Source: Amoebidium appalachense (Eukaryota; Protista; Ichthyosporea). From it: a DNA stretch of 64,000 bases. The DNA is taken from the NCBI GenBank assembly GCA_963693365.1, contig CAVNZM010000007.1, positions 10,413,962 to 10,477,961 of the forward strand. The letters run 5' to 3'. A program made the translations under genes and the position numbers. The notes under the pieces are model-generated. The model was not told where the DNA came from and did not search any database. It saw nothing but the letters and a program-made list of their open reading frames with translations. Below, in pieces: positions 14,565 through 26,398 of the stretch. Position 1 is the first letter of the stretch, and each line of letters starts with the position of its first letter.

Positions 14565-15127
14565 TTTCGGGCCTTTCTTGTGCTTGCTTTTGGCTATCAA
14601 AAGAGCAGTAAGAGAAGAGACCTGGGTGCTTCTGGTGTTTAGCTAAACGACTTTTTTAAAGGGTGGTTTTCACGCTCGGAGGCTTCTGATACCACTTGCA
14701 CCTAATAATATCAGCTGTCCACTGAATATGCTGTAACCAGGTGAAGTAAATATTTTTGGTCCCGCCAAAATGCCGTTGCGATTAGGGGTGGGCTATGCGC
14801 GATTGCAATTTTGCGATTTGAAAGCGATAACTGACCAAAACATATGCCTATGACGCCAATTCATAAGCCGCTTCACGCTAAATGGATGCTTCTGTGGGCT
14901 ATCGTTGACGGTGCACATGCACAAGTGGTCCGTCAGTCCGTGGTCAGGGGGTCGGCACAACTTTACAAGTTGCATGCTGGTGTAACCAAGTTAAATAGAG
15001 GGACAGCAAACGGGATTTAGTGGTTTTGCTTGTAGGTGTACCTGGAGAAACAACAGAAACAACAAGCTGCATTTAGAGGGTCGTAGGTTACGCATAACAA
15101 TAGGCCAGCTCTCTGTTAAAAGTAAAG
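14565..15127. promoter_or_regulatory. Probable bidirectional promoter region (NCBP3 / DUF1764 gene)
   Basis: 563 bp of microsatellite-free sequence between two divergent start codons. Confidence 0.55.
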
Positions 15128-15847
15128 ATGGCGAAACCAAAAGCGACTGAATCAAAAGCGCCTGCCAAGAATGCAACAGGCGCAGCTGTGCCAAAGGCAA
15201 CCACGACCAAGGCACCAGATTCTAAAGCCTCGAGCAAGGCAAAGCTAAACACACCAGCGGCTGTGCCAAGCACGGGCACTGCAGGGGCGGTCAAGCGTGC
15301 AGCCACTCAGAGTGTGAAGGGTGTGGCCAAGAAGGCTAAGCTAGACCCACAACCAGCTGCAAAACCTGCAAAACCTGCCGTACCCGTCACACAAACAAAG
15401 ACAACCGGACAAACGCGGAGCAATGCAACACCCTCCCATGCCATCGCTAGCGGGGAGAAGGCAAAGAAGAAGAAGAAAAAGAAGAACAAGCAGGCTGCAG
15501 TGCCAGAGCAGGCCGTAGATGCAAAGGGAAAGTCGGAGGGTGAGAATGAGGATGTTGAGAACGAGGATAAGAGTGATGGAGATGACATAGATGATATCTT
15601 TCAAGATGCAGCAACAAAAGTTGCAGCGAAAGTAGCGGAGGCGAAGAAAAAGGCCGAGCAGGAAAAGATTAAAAAGGCAAAGGCTGACGTTAAACCGGAG
15701 GATGAGTCGTTTTTTGACAGCAGAGGCCTGAACACGCAGCGACGAAAGAAGGTTGAAGGTGTGTTTGTTTACACGCTGGACGAGCTAGGGGTGGGCAAAG
15801 GAGGTGACACTGAGTTGTGCCCGTTTGACTGCAAGTGCTGTTATTGA
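15128..15847 (+). CDS. DUF1764-family protein (K/A-rich N-terminus, conserved Cys-rich C-terminus), single exon
   Basis: Clean 239-aa ORF ending FFDSRG..RRKKVEGVFVYTLDELGVGKGGDTELCPFDCKCCY, the characteristic DUF1764 C-terminus. Confidence 0.88.
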   Translation: MAKPKATESKAPAKNATGAAVPKATTTKAPDSKASSKAKLNTPAAVPSTGTAGAVKRAATQSVKGVAKKAKLDPQPAAKPAKPAVPVTQTKTTGQTRSNATPSHAIASGEKAKKKKKKKNKQAAVPEQAVDAKGKSEGENEDVENEDKSDGDDIDDIFQDAATKVAAKVAEAKKKAEQEKIKKAKADVKPEDESFFDSRGLNTQRRKKVEGVFVYTLDELGVGKGGDTELCPFDCKCCY

Positions 15848-18681
15848 GTATAGACCCTTCTGTGTGTATTATTTAGTTGAAGGCTGGGTGAAGATAGCAG
15901 TTTCAACGTAGGGGGAAAGGTGGGATGGTCTGTATTGCTGTTAGTATGTACGTTTTTCTCCAGGGCCACTACTGTATTGGAGCTCAGTTTATTCATATGA
16001 GAGCTAATTTTTGAGTTGAACACGTTGAAAGCATCATGATTGCATGGAAAGTGCACGTTTCCCCAGTGGCTTTGGTGAGTATAACACCATTTCAATATCA
16101 ATAGACCAAGTCATATCACTATGGTTGATATGTCAAAAGGCCGGTGCTACAGTACGCGCCATGCACATACGACATACCCGCCCAAGTATGCATGTATGCA
16201 CACACGCACATACAAGTAGCATAGGCATACGTGGCAAACACAAGCCCGTCGCAACACTCCGACCTGTCTGCACACACCCTGACACACGTACAGTCAAGTT
16301 GACCGTGGCAGCACGCTGAGCCCCTACTGTATTCCCCTCGTCGAAGCTGATTGGCTTATGCCGTGTGACCAACTAATGACAATTAGCCGTACCTGACGGA
16401 TCTGCCGTGTTACGCGATCTTTATGCACATAAGTTGGCCCTCTATACAGTCATGTCTATGTATATAATGTGACTGTAAACACACGTGTAACTGTTAATTT
16501 TAATTATTTTCACAACGCATTACTGTGGGGGTGGTTATTCATGTGCATAATTATGCTGGCACTGTTACAGATAGTGATGGGCTATGTAAGTTAGATCACT
16601 ATGGCGCTAACGCAGACTCGTGATCTGAAGCCAATGGGGCACAGCCTACCGCGGCCTGCCTCCAAGTGCACGGCTACGTTGGCGCTTTGCTTTTTCCTGT
16701 TGCGGTTTTTTCTTTCTCTCTGCATGGAGGCTGGGGATTATTGCATGTTTAGAGGGAGAAGGGTGGCCATATGTGGGTAGCGGGCAATATTACATACATT
16801 TGTTTTATCTCTCTGTTTATTTACCGCCCCAATTAGTTTTTAGCTGAGTGGAAGCGCATAAACACCGTCGCATGGTCAACGCACACGTTAGTCCAAGCAG
16901 AAGTAGTCTGTTACCCCTTGAACAGGCTGCTGTGTTGAATCGTTTTCCAAAAAGCAAGCTGGCAACAGATAAATAGCCATCTCTCATCATTTTATTCAGC
17001 CTTTTTGCGCGTCCAAGTACTTGCCGGTGTGGGCTCTACAGGCACGTTCATCCAGGCACTGTCTTCATCTATACTTGGAAAACTCGTCGTGACGACTGAA
17101 CCACCCTGCCTGGTAAGGCGTGTGCATCTTGCTGTGACAGGCCGGGCTATAGTTTGTATGCACGCTTAACCTTAAGCCTTTTATAATACAGGGTTGTGTG
17201 TACTTTTTGAAGGTGAGGCTCTCGGTAGAGCAACGGCCTTCCTCTCTAAATCACACGGGTGGGAAGGCTCTTGCCGGTTCGTCGCTTTGGTTGCTGAGAT
17301 AAAAAACAACCATTCATCGCTTTAGGGTGTTTGGGCTGTGCAAAGGCTTCCAAGAGCAACTAAGAGAGAGCTTCGTGCATGACATGCTTGAAAGGAACCT
17401 TGAGGTCGAACTTTCTAACGGCGGGTCTGCACATGCAAGTGAGAGTAGAAGCTAAGACACCTTGTCGGCACTGCAGGTTCCAGGCAGAGTAACAGCGTCA
17501 CCAGCGTGTCTTCTTCTTTCTGATGACGCTAGAGAAGATGGTTAATTTTTGGTGCCCGTGTGTGTCTGCGGAGGAGGAGAAGGTACGTTGGTCTTTGCCC
17601 GTGGGTGGTAGCTGCTCTTGGCGTCACTTGGCAACACTGTGTGTGCGTTGAGCCCCGTATTAAATACATCTGCACTGTTGTGAAAGAGCACGTTTGCAAT
17701 GCTCTCCCTCGTGAGACCATACGTCTATTTAAGTTGTGTTCAGTCAGCTGTGTCCTTGCCCCGCTCATATGGTTTTCCTTGGGCCCTGCACTGGCCGCCT
17801 GGAACCTGTCTGTCCCATTTGTGTGCAAACCCTGCTTTCGTTCTTGGAAATATGTTGTGCAACTGTCCTGGCTCTTTCTGGGCCTCGTGGACTTGCAAGT
17901 GCTCCTCTTAAGCTTCCATGTTCACTTCTCCCTTTTACCACGAGCTTGCTTAAGGTTCTTGGCTTGGGTCGCTTTCGCAACACACGTCCGTGTGTACGGG
18001 GAGTTGTCTCTACTGGCAAACTGCATGTACGTTTGCTACATGCACAACACAAACACATACACCATCTTTTTTATTGTGTCTGCACTATGCACCACAAGTG
18101 AGCAAGTGCATCACGGACTTGTTTTTACTACTGGTCACGGGATTTCAGGACAGTATAGTACCGTCTTACAGTACGGTTGTTGTTTCCTTTTGTGTGTGTG
18201 TGGGGGGGGTGGGGGGGTGGGGGGGGGGGGGGGGGGGGGGGGGGACTGTTCGAATGCAAAGCTGATATGACGTGACGCTCTCGTTGTTTGATACCAAACT
18301 GCATGAATTTCGTAGGCACCCGTCAACAAAACAACTCTTCCGACAATTACTCGTACTTCTTGTTTCTCGTGTACAACGGTGTGCTTGCGTTGACAACATA
18401 GCACATGCACGAAGCTTTTTTGCCAAGCCTTTCCTCTTGTTTGCCGTTGGTAATTTGCTTTTCTCGCCAGTGTCCATGCAAGTCCCTTTTTCTTATTGTC
18501 TCTTTGTTATACTTGCTCTCTCCCACCCCTTCCCCCGACTCCGTACCCTGCTCAGAGTTGTTTGGTTGTGCATAAATTTTATGTACCTTTCTCCTGTGTG
18601 TGCCCCCCCCCCCCCCCCCCCCCCCTGCCCCCTTCGTCTCTCTCTCTCTCTCCCCCCCCCCCCCCCCCCCCCCTTCCCCCG

Positions 18682-19210
18682 GGGGGCATAGCTTTCCGTT
18701 CGAAGACGTTAAAGTTCCGCCCTAGTAAGCGTGTTACTACCCTGCGGCGTGGGTCAAATCTCATATTTTCCCCTCTGATTGCGAATTCTGCGGCCTTCGG
18801 GACTTAATTCTTTTCAGCTGGTGTAGTATGTTAGCCAGGGAAGTATCGACTTAGGGTAGCGACGGGGGAGCTTCCTAGAAGCCCCGTCTCCTGAGTTCCC
18901 ATCTATATTTTTCTTGCTTCTGCTTACTGCTGCAACTTTAACCCCCGGCCTTTCCCACTGCCCTTGCCTGCATAGGCAACCCTGCTCGTCTCTGATCAAG
19001 ACGGGTGACCTACCCATGTTCAAGTGAAACAGTATCTGAGCTGGGTTTCGTTAACGAGGTGAATATGTCGAAACTCGGGTACTGTGGATGACGCGGGCCC
19101 CCCCTGAGGATGGGCTCTGCTTATTATGCATACTCTTTATGTATGGCTTGCATTCTGGATCGTGTTATCCGTTTGTTCTTGTGTACTTCGTACTTTTTGA
19201 CGCATTCAAA
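18682..19210 (+). mobile_element. Poly-C-associated retroelement, subfamily A, longest copy; possible Penelope-like (Chlamys/Naiad-type) 3' end
   Basis: Starts and ends at C runs. The 3' ~235 nt share the structured module with other copies. The 5' part translates to ..RVTTLRRGSNLIFSPLIANSAAFGT*. Confidence 0.75.
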
Positions 19211-19228
19211 CCCCCCCTCTTCCCTCGG

Positions 19229-19287
<59 letters not shown>

Positions 19288-19351
19288 CCCTCCCTCCCTC
19301 TCCCTCTCTCCCTCCCCTCGCCCCCTCTTTACCCCCCCCCCCCCCCCTCTC

Positions 19352-19383
<32 letters not shown>

Positions 19384-19415
19384 ACTCTCCCTGTCCCTCC
19401 CCTCACCCTCTCTTT

Positions 19416-19452
<37 letters not shown>

Positions 19453-19459
19453 CCTCTCG

Positions 19460-19855
19460 CGCTTTACTTCCATGCAACCGGGCATGGTTGCTCTGTGTCG
19501 TGCATCTGTAAGCACATACACATTTTTCGCTGCACTGCATTAGTTTGCACACACATCTTCACCGTTTTGCTCATCTTGCTTGCATAAGCAACCCTGCTCG
19601 TCTTTGATCAAGACGGGTTGACCCCCCAAGTTCAGTTGATGCTGCTGTCTGAGTTGGAGAGTCGTATATACGCGGGCTAAGGGGTCGAAACTCAGACGCA
19701 ATTGATGACTTGGGCCCTCCCTGAGGATGGGCTCTGCTTATGACGCATACTGTGCGCATGGATGATGTTGCATACTTGAATGTTTGCCTTTGCATGTGTC
19801 CTGCACCATGCTTCTCATCGTGTATGCATACTTCGTACCGTGTTCTGCATTCAAA
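19460..19855 (+). mobile_element. Poly-C-associated retroelement, subfamily B, slightly 5'-truncated
   Basis: Matches the reverse complements of 5973-6390 and 30811-31253. Ends GCATTCAAA plus C run. Confidence 0.87.
19583..19742 (+). ncRNA. Structured RNA module with hammerhead-core motifs in permuted order (candidate ribozyme)
   Basis: Closing stem CATAAGCA/TGCTTATG; hairpin CTCGTCTT/AAGACGGG; long stem CCCAAGT..GTCTGAGTT/AACTCAGAC..ACTTGGG; GAAA at 19687-19690; CTGAGGA at 19721-19727. Compensatory changes are seen against subfamily A. Confidence 0.55.
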
Positions 19856-19904
19856 CCCCCCTCTCTCCCCTCATTCTTCCTTTCCTATCCTTCCTCCCCT
19901 TCCT

Positions 19905-19936
<32 letters not shown>

Positions 19937-20007
19937 CACCACGTTTCCTCCCTCCCTACACTTCTTTTCCTTCCTGCGCTTCCTCCCCTCCCCCCTCGCC
20001 CCCTTGC

Positions 20008-20111
20008 CCCCAAAGATGGGCTCTTCTCGTTGTGTATACTCTTTCTGTGTGGGTTGCACTCTGTGTAGTCATGTCCGTGAACGTGTACTTTCGTACTTCA
20101 TAACACATCGC
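20008..20111 (+). mobile_element. Diverged 3' fragment of the poly-C-associated family
   Basis: CCCCAAAGATGGGCTCT..GTATACTCTTTCTGTGTGGGTTGCACTCTG..GTGTACTTTCGTACTT aligns by eye with the subfamily A 3' end. Confidence 0.6.
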
Positions 20112-20521
20112 ACCCCTTACCCCCCCTTCCCCCCCTCAAGACATACGCACGCAGTGCGCGCGCGCACACACAAACACACACGCACACTGCCGACTTGATT
20201 GCTTCCTGAATGCCAAGCATAAAGGCTTTTCACCTGATACGCTGCTGGTGGTGATGTGCGTGTTTTTGCCTTTGGAGATGTCTATGGAATTGTAATCGTT
20301 GCTCGCTTCAGATAAAGCGCCACACCACCACAACCACCACCCACCCTCCCTCCCTCTCCCAAGGATAGGCTATGCTCGTGAATGTGTGCTTCGTCCTCTA
20401 TAGCGCACTCTATCCCCCCCTCCCCTGATGCACTCTTCGTGTGTGCTTCGTCAAAAACATGCATTGTGTTGCCAGTCGTGATAATGACCTCGCACTCTGT
20501 CCTAAATTCTATCCACTACTA

Positions 20522-20567
<46 letters not shown>

Positions 20568-21093
20568 ACAACACACACGGGGGGGGGGGGGGGGGGGGGG
20601 GGGGGGTTGTCTCATTTGCATAATACAGCTATGCTTTATTCGACGAAGGCATCAATTGTTCATTTTCTCGTTTGCTTGCTGTTTTGTGTCTCCTCTTGCT
20701 CATGTTTGCTTCGTCAAGCACTTCGGTCCCTGAACACATACATACGAAGCATATCAGCGCACTTCCACGCTCATGCACAGGCAGTCTACACATCACCTCG
20801 ACCTATGATACCTGCATGTTTGTTTTTGATAGCAAATGCTGAACACAGGAGCATGTTTGGAAACATTTTGCTCACAACCACGGTGCCTTTTACAGCCAGC
20901 AAGGAAAAGAATCCGCATTGACAAGACGATGATTGGCGAGCCCACAAACTTTCAACACACAACACACTTGGGCACAACAGACATGGCAAACAACACAGTC
21001 CATGTACGTGCTTTCCTCTTTCTTCATGTTGGTGTTTGTGATGGCACCAATTTTAGTGCCACAAATGCATGAAAATACTCTTTATCTTTAGTC

Positions 21094-21148
<55 letters not shown>

Positions 21149-21279
21149 CTTGTGTGGATGTGTACACACGGTATGTGCACGGATGGGCTTGTATTTATGT
21201 TTTTCACTTGCACTAGAAATGTGCAGCAGGTGTACGAGTGGCCCCCCGCACGACCACCCACCATCGAGACACTCTTCTA

Positions 21280-21311
<32 letters not shown>

Positions 21312-21496
21312 CCCCTGCCCTTCCCCTTGCCCCCTCAACCCCCTCACCCACCCCTACCCACTCACACACGCAAACACATGCACACATCCATTCACTCCCC
21401 ACCCACCCACCCACCTACCCATCAACCCGTTCCTCCACCATCCACTCACACCATCTCCCACCCAATTCTACCCCTCCACCCCCCTCCCCTCCCCTT

Positions 21497-21542
<46 letters not shown>

Positions 21543-21573
21543 CGTGGAGACACCCTTGTATCCCTAACCTAAC

Positions 21574-21604
<31 letters not shown>

Positions 21605-21777
21605 AAAAAAAAAAAAGGTGGCCGACGGACATTTTCGGCAGTTTTTCCCTGTCTTTTTACTTGCTTGTTTTTGTAGATGGCTTTTTCCAATACTGTGACT
21701 GGTGGTGTGCATGCGCTTTCAACTGTATGTGGGTGTGGTAGCGATGGTAGTCCGGACATGGTGATGTAGATGGATTG

Positions 21778-21808
<31 letters not shown>

Positions 21809-23422
21809 AGGATCAAGCATGTGCTCGTACATATCCCTTGGGTTATATGGCAGCTGACAAACATGCTTTCCAACCAGCTACCAGAAATCCAGACAAATAT
21901 GACGTCAAAGGGGGGCTACAAGAAGTAACCTCTTAGTAAGTGTTTTGCCGGTTTCACACAGCATCGCGCGTCGTCAAGATTAGTGATTGCTGTCTGTAAC
22001 ACTGTCCTCGAAGATGGCGGGTCGATGCTGGCTGAGACGTTGCTTAGACAGGTGCACTAGGTTTGCTGTCTCTGGCCCTCACATTATTATTGCTGTACAT
22101 TTTACTCGGTGGTGGGTGAAGAAGGCAGTCTTAGATAGGCTTTAAGGTCGCAGTATTTCCCCCACTTCCCCTCGCTGTGACACTCCGGCACCTACCATAT
22201 ACCCCACCGATACTTAGAATTGCGACACACAAACTTGCGGCTCTTGCTTAGTGATTGCCGGACCCGCCTGCCGGTTGGGCGGATAGTATGCGTACATAGA
22301 CATTATGGGGGTGGGGATAAAGGTATCTTATTATCGCAGGAAGCGTGAATGGCAGGCTACGGCCTCAACTAAAGGTGGCCCCGGTTGGACGAGTGTAACA
22401 CTTTGCCAACTTGTGGGTTTGAACGTGAATCAAATTTTTTATGACTCTAAGGAGGTAAATTTTGTTTATTGTGCCGTTCATGCATGTCTGGTATAGATTT
22501 GTGTTGCGAATGTGTTAAGGGGACGTGCAATGGCAGTTTCTAAAAGTACTTTGACTCCTGAATGTAGATGTGCGGATGGAATGCATATAGTGATGGATGG
22601 CGTGGCGTTATCCTGCAAATTTGTTGTATACGTATATATGTTGTCCTGCTGCGCCGACATGCAAAACCGCAGGCCTGTAAAAGAAGGGCTGGGGTGTGTT
22701 CTGCATTAAGCTTTTCTGAACACTTGCATGTGCATATGCTTTGCTTCGTGCATGCCACAAGGGTAGATCTAACTATATAGTTCATGATTTGTGTCATAGT
22801 CGCATAAAACATGCCCGTCCTTGCAACTTGCAAGCTCGGCATTGCCGCCATCAGCATGGCTGTCCTGATGATCCCGGCCATGCACATGAATGCCAACGAT
22901 GGTCATAGAGCACAAGAAAAATAGGGCCACATAATTGCCTGTGTTTCATGGGCAGCCCTTGTGCCTCGTAGCTTGGTTTCCGTATTTTAACCTGCACGCC
23001 CCTCGAATGATGGCCTCTCAGAAGTAGCCGGCTGGTGCTCACCAAGGCCCGCGAGCAGCCGTCCAAGGCCGTCTGCCTTGCCCATTATATTGCACCTAAT
23101 TAGGCTCGCAAACGACAACTTCTATTGGATGTAAACGCAGCGATGTCGCGCAAACCAATCAAAAGTGCCGATATGATCAGCTGTACTGCGCATGCACTCG
23201 CACTTGCCAGCCAGCATGCACTGAACGGGCCACGCACTCAGCAGTGCTGCAGCTGGCAGACACCGTGTTTACGCACTATTTGGCACCGGTTTATACAGGT
23301 AGATAGACTCGAGCTCTACTATATAGCCACTATAGCCTTAGCCTTGACACCGTGTAGACTAAAGTTAAGCGCGCTCTTACACGTCTTAGGCTGTATTATA
23401 TTGTGCGAAGGGACACTGCAAG

Positions 23423-24858
23423 ATGGCCAACCTGCAGCTGGACCAGGGATACCTGTTGCTCTATCATGCGCTCGTGGGCGCTATGATTTCGGCAGGCGTG
23501 CAGGTGTGTGCTTGGCGTTTCAGGAGGGGGAGGGGAAGGATTTTATGTATAATATTGGTTGTTTGTGGTTGGTTAGGCAATGTCGGTGATGTTCAGATTT
23601 TGGGGCCCGTGGGAGGTGTTTGGCTGGGTGTGCTGTGGGAGGGCCCTCAAGATTGGAGGGTGTGGGGCGGGGTGGGGGGAGGAGGAGGGGGGGGGGTGGG
23701 GGGCGGGGGGGGGGTGGAGGGGGGGGCTTTGGGGAAGGGGGGGAGGGGGGAGGGGTTGGGGGGAAGGGGGATAGGATAGGGAGAACAGGAAGGAAGTATC
23801 GGGGATTGTTTTGCGAAAGAGATCTGGGGAATCTTCGGTTTTGGCAGGTTTGAAGGCCGTGAAGGAGCTGTTTTTTTGTGGGTGATAATAGATGTTTTCC
23901 CCATGTTTTGTTTTACGTGAGCTCGAGGGGTGGCCGTGCTTCTAAGCACACATAGAGACTGGTGTTCTTCTAACTTAAAGTGGTGGGAGACGAGACTGAA
24001 GTGTAGTGGGTGGGACACATAAATTTCGACGAAGATCTAGTAAGCCTCTTTAGCCTTAATGTAAAGTTGCCCGGTTTGGTGGTAGAGTGTTTAGACAGGT
24101 GGAAAAGGTGGCGGCCGGTGTGTGTGCGTTTGTGTGTGTGTGTGTGGGGAGGGGGGGGATAAAAACAAGGAATTGAAAAACCTTGAAAACGATCGAAGTA
24201 CTTTCTGTAGGAGGGAAGGTGGAGGGGGAGAAGGTGGGGCGATTGGGAGAGGATAAGTGATGAAACTGAACGGGTTCTGCTTTTTGCAATCTTCCAGTGT
24301 CTCTATGTTCCAAACATTAACAGCCCCTTCCTACCCTGCTTCGGCCTAAGTCACACACACAGCTTCAGTCACACACGCTGGCACGCACAAACAACCCACC
24401 TTATTCATTGCCCTTTCCCTCACCTAGCTCCCTCCTTTCCTCGTCCCAGCCACCCCATCTCTAGTTGCTAAATAACCAACCTTTGTGCCACCAGGATGTG
24501 CAACAACCCGTAATGGAGTACGGGCAGGGCTACGCCATCATCAGTGGTCAGGGGGTAGTTGGCAATGACATCTTCCAGCTGCACTTTTCAGCCATGGGCG
24601 ACAGGGTGCTGATGCGCACGGCCAGGCACGTGGGTGCAGCAGCAGACAGTGTGGCCTTTAGGAACTTTGAGCGGCCCACGAAGGGGGACATGTACGTCAT
24701 GGGCCTGACGGCAAGCAACTACATTGATAAGCAGGTGGGAAGCGGGGGGGGTTTGTGTGGGGGGGAGGGGGAGGGGGGGGGGGGGGTTGGATGTAGGGGA
24801 AAGGGGGGAGGGGGCGGTGGGGATAGGGGGAGTGGTGGGGGATTGAGGGGACAGTTGT

Positions 24859-24890
<32 letters not shown>

Positions 24891-25706
24891 GGAAGGAGGG
24901 GAGGAGGGAGAGGGCAAGGGGGGGGGATGGAACGGTGAGGAGAGGGGGGGGGGGGGGGGGGGGCGGGGGGGGGGAATGGAGGGGACGGTGGGGAGGGGGG
25001 GGGGGGGGGACAGGCAGTGTTCGTGTGTGTGTACGAGGAGAAGGTGTTTTATGGGAGGTCTGTTTTTTGGGACGTGTGTGTGTGTGTGTGTGTGTTGTGT
25101 GTGTGTTGGGGGAGGAGGGTGGAGGGTGCGGGGAGGATTGGGGGCAGGTTGACGGGGAAGGAGGAATTGGAGTTGGCAAATAGTCTGCCGTCCCCCCATC
25201 CCCTCTTCCTCTCGAACCGTATCATATGGGTGGGTTTATCACAGGGCGTGTGTTAGGGAGGCATGGGGGGGGGGGGGGGGGGGGGGGGGGCACATGGTGT
25301 AGTGAAAGAGATTTTATGGTGCCATTGCGGGGCTCGATGGAGGCAAACGTGTGGTACTTGGTTGCTGGGGCTGGGGGGGGGGGGGGGGGGGGGGGGAGGG
25401 GGGGGGGGGGGTGGGGGTGGGGGGGGGGAAGGGGGAGGGGGGGGGGGAGGGGGAGGGGGGGAGGGTCCTTTGGTAGCTAAGCCTGATGGTCCCAAGTGAT
25501 TGCTTTGCGCAACCACATTCACATTCCAACATGCACACACACACCCCTTCTCCTCCCCACTTTAAATACACACACATCATCTCACCCCACATCCCACCCC
25601 ACCCCTTTCTCCCAAAATGGTGGTGTTCTGAGTTTGACTTTGCTCAATGTTTCATTCTCCCTCTACTTAAATTACCATCACTCCCCCCCCCCCCCCCCCC
25701 CCCCCC

Positions 25707-25746
<40 letters not shown>

Positions 25747-26021
25747 ACCCCTCCGCCCTTTCCCTAATGCCCTGCCACCCGCCACCCAACCCTTTTCTTC
25801 CTTCAGAGGCTGGCCTAATGACTGCCGCTCGCCCTGCTTTGAGCCTTGTGGTTTCAGTTCAAGGAACCACATTCATTATCCTTGCCCTACGTCGAAAGAC
25901 CATCTCACGTAACTTCTACCCCGCCTCACTTGCCCAACTCACGCATCCATGCAAACACCCACATACATGCTGGAAGGCTTGTGCGTTAGTGTGCATATCA
26001 TCTTGTGTGTGCACACGCGGG

Positions 26022-26093
<72 letters not shown>

Positions 26094-26321
26094 TACACAC
26101 AGGACCCCAAGAAACCACAGCTCAAGGATTGTGAGCAACTTATCAGCACCCTCAACACAAACATCTTCAAATACTACAATATGGAGGCCACGGGGTGTGA
26201 AATGCCAAAAGAGGCCCAGTCAGTTAGCGACAAACGGTGGAGAAAACGAGACATAACTGCTGTTGCTGTTGTCGTGGGAGTGATGGTGGTGGTGGGTGTG
26301 GTCTTGACTAGGAGGAGATAG
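23423..26321 (+). CDS. Uncharacterised ~179-aa protein with C-terminal transmembrane tail anchor, 3 exons
   Basis: Exons 23423-23503, 24495-24734 and 26103-26321, all phase 0 with GT-AG boundaries and GC3-rich codons like neighbouring genes. Ends ITAVAVVVGVMVVVGVVLTRRR*. No family recognised. Confidence 0.72.
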
Positions 26322-26358
26322 GTGGACTGTGAGTGGACGAAGGGGTAGGAATGGGGTT

Positions 26359-26398
<40 letters not shown>

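Noticed and set aside
17560-18270. 236-aa ORF
   Set aside because: Non-ATG start, no recognisable domain, atypical composition, and it runs into a G tract.
22540-23066. Short minus-strand ORFs upstream of the orphan gene
   Set aside because: No recognisable homology and no consistent exon chain could be built.
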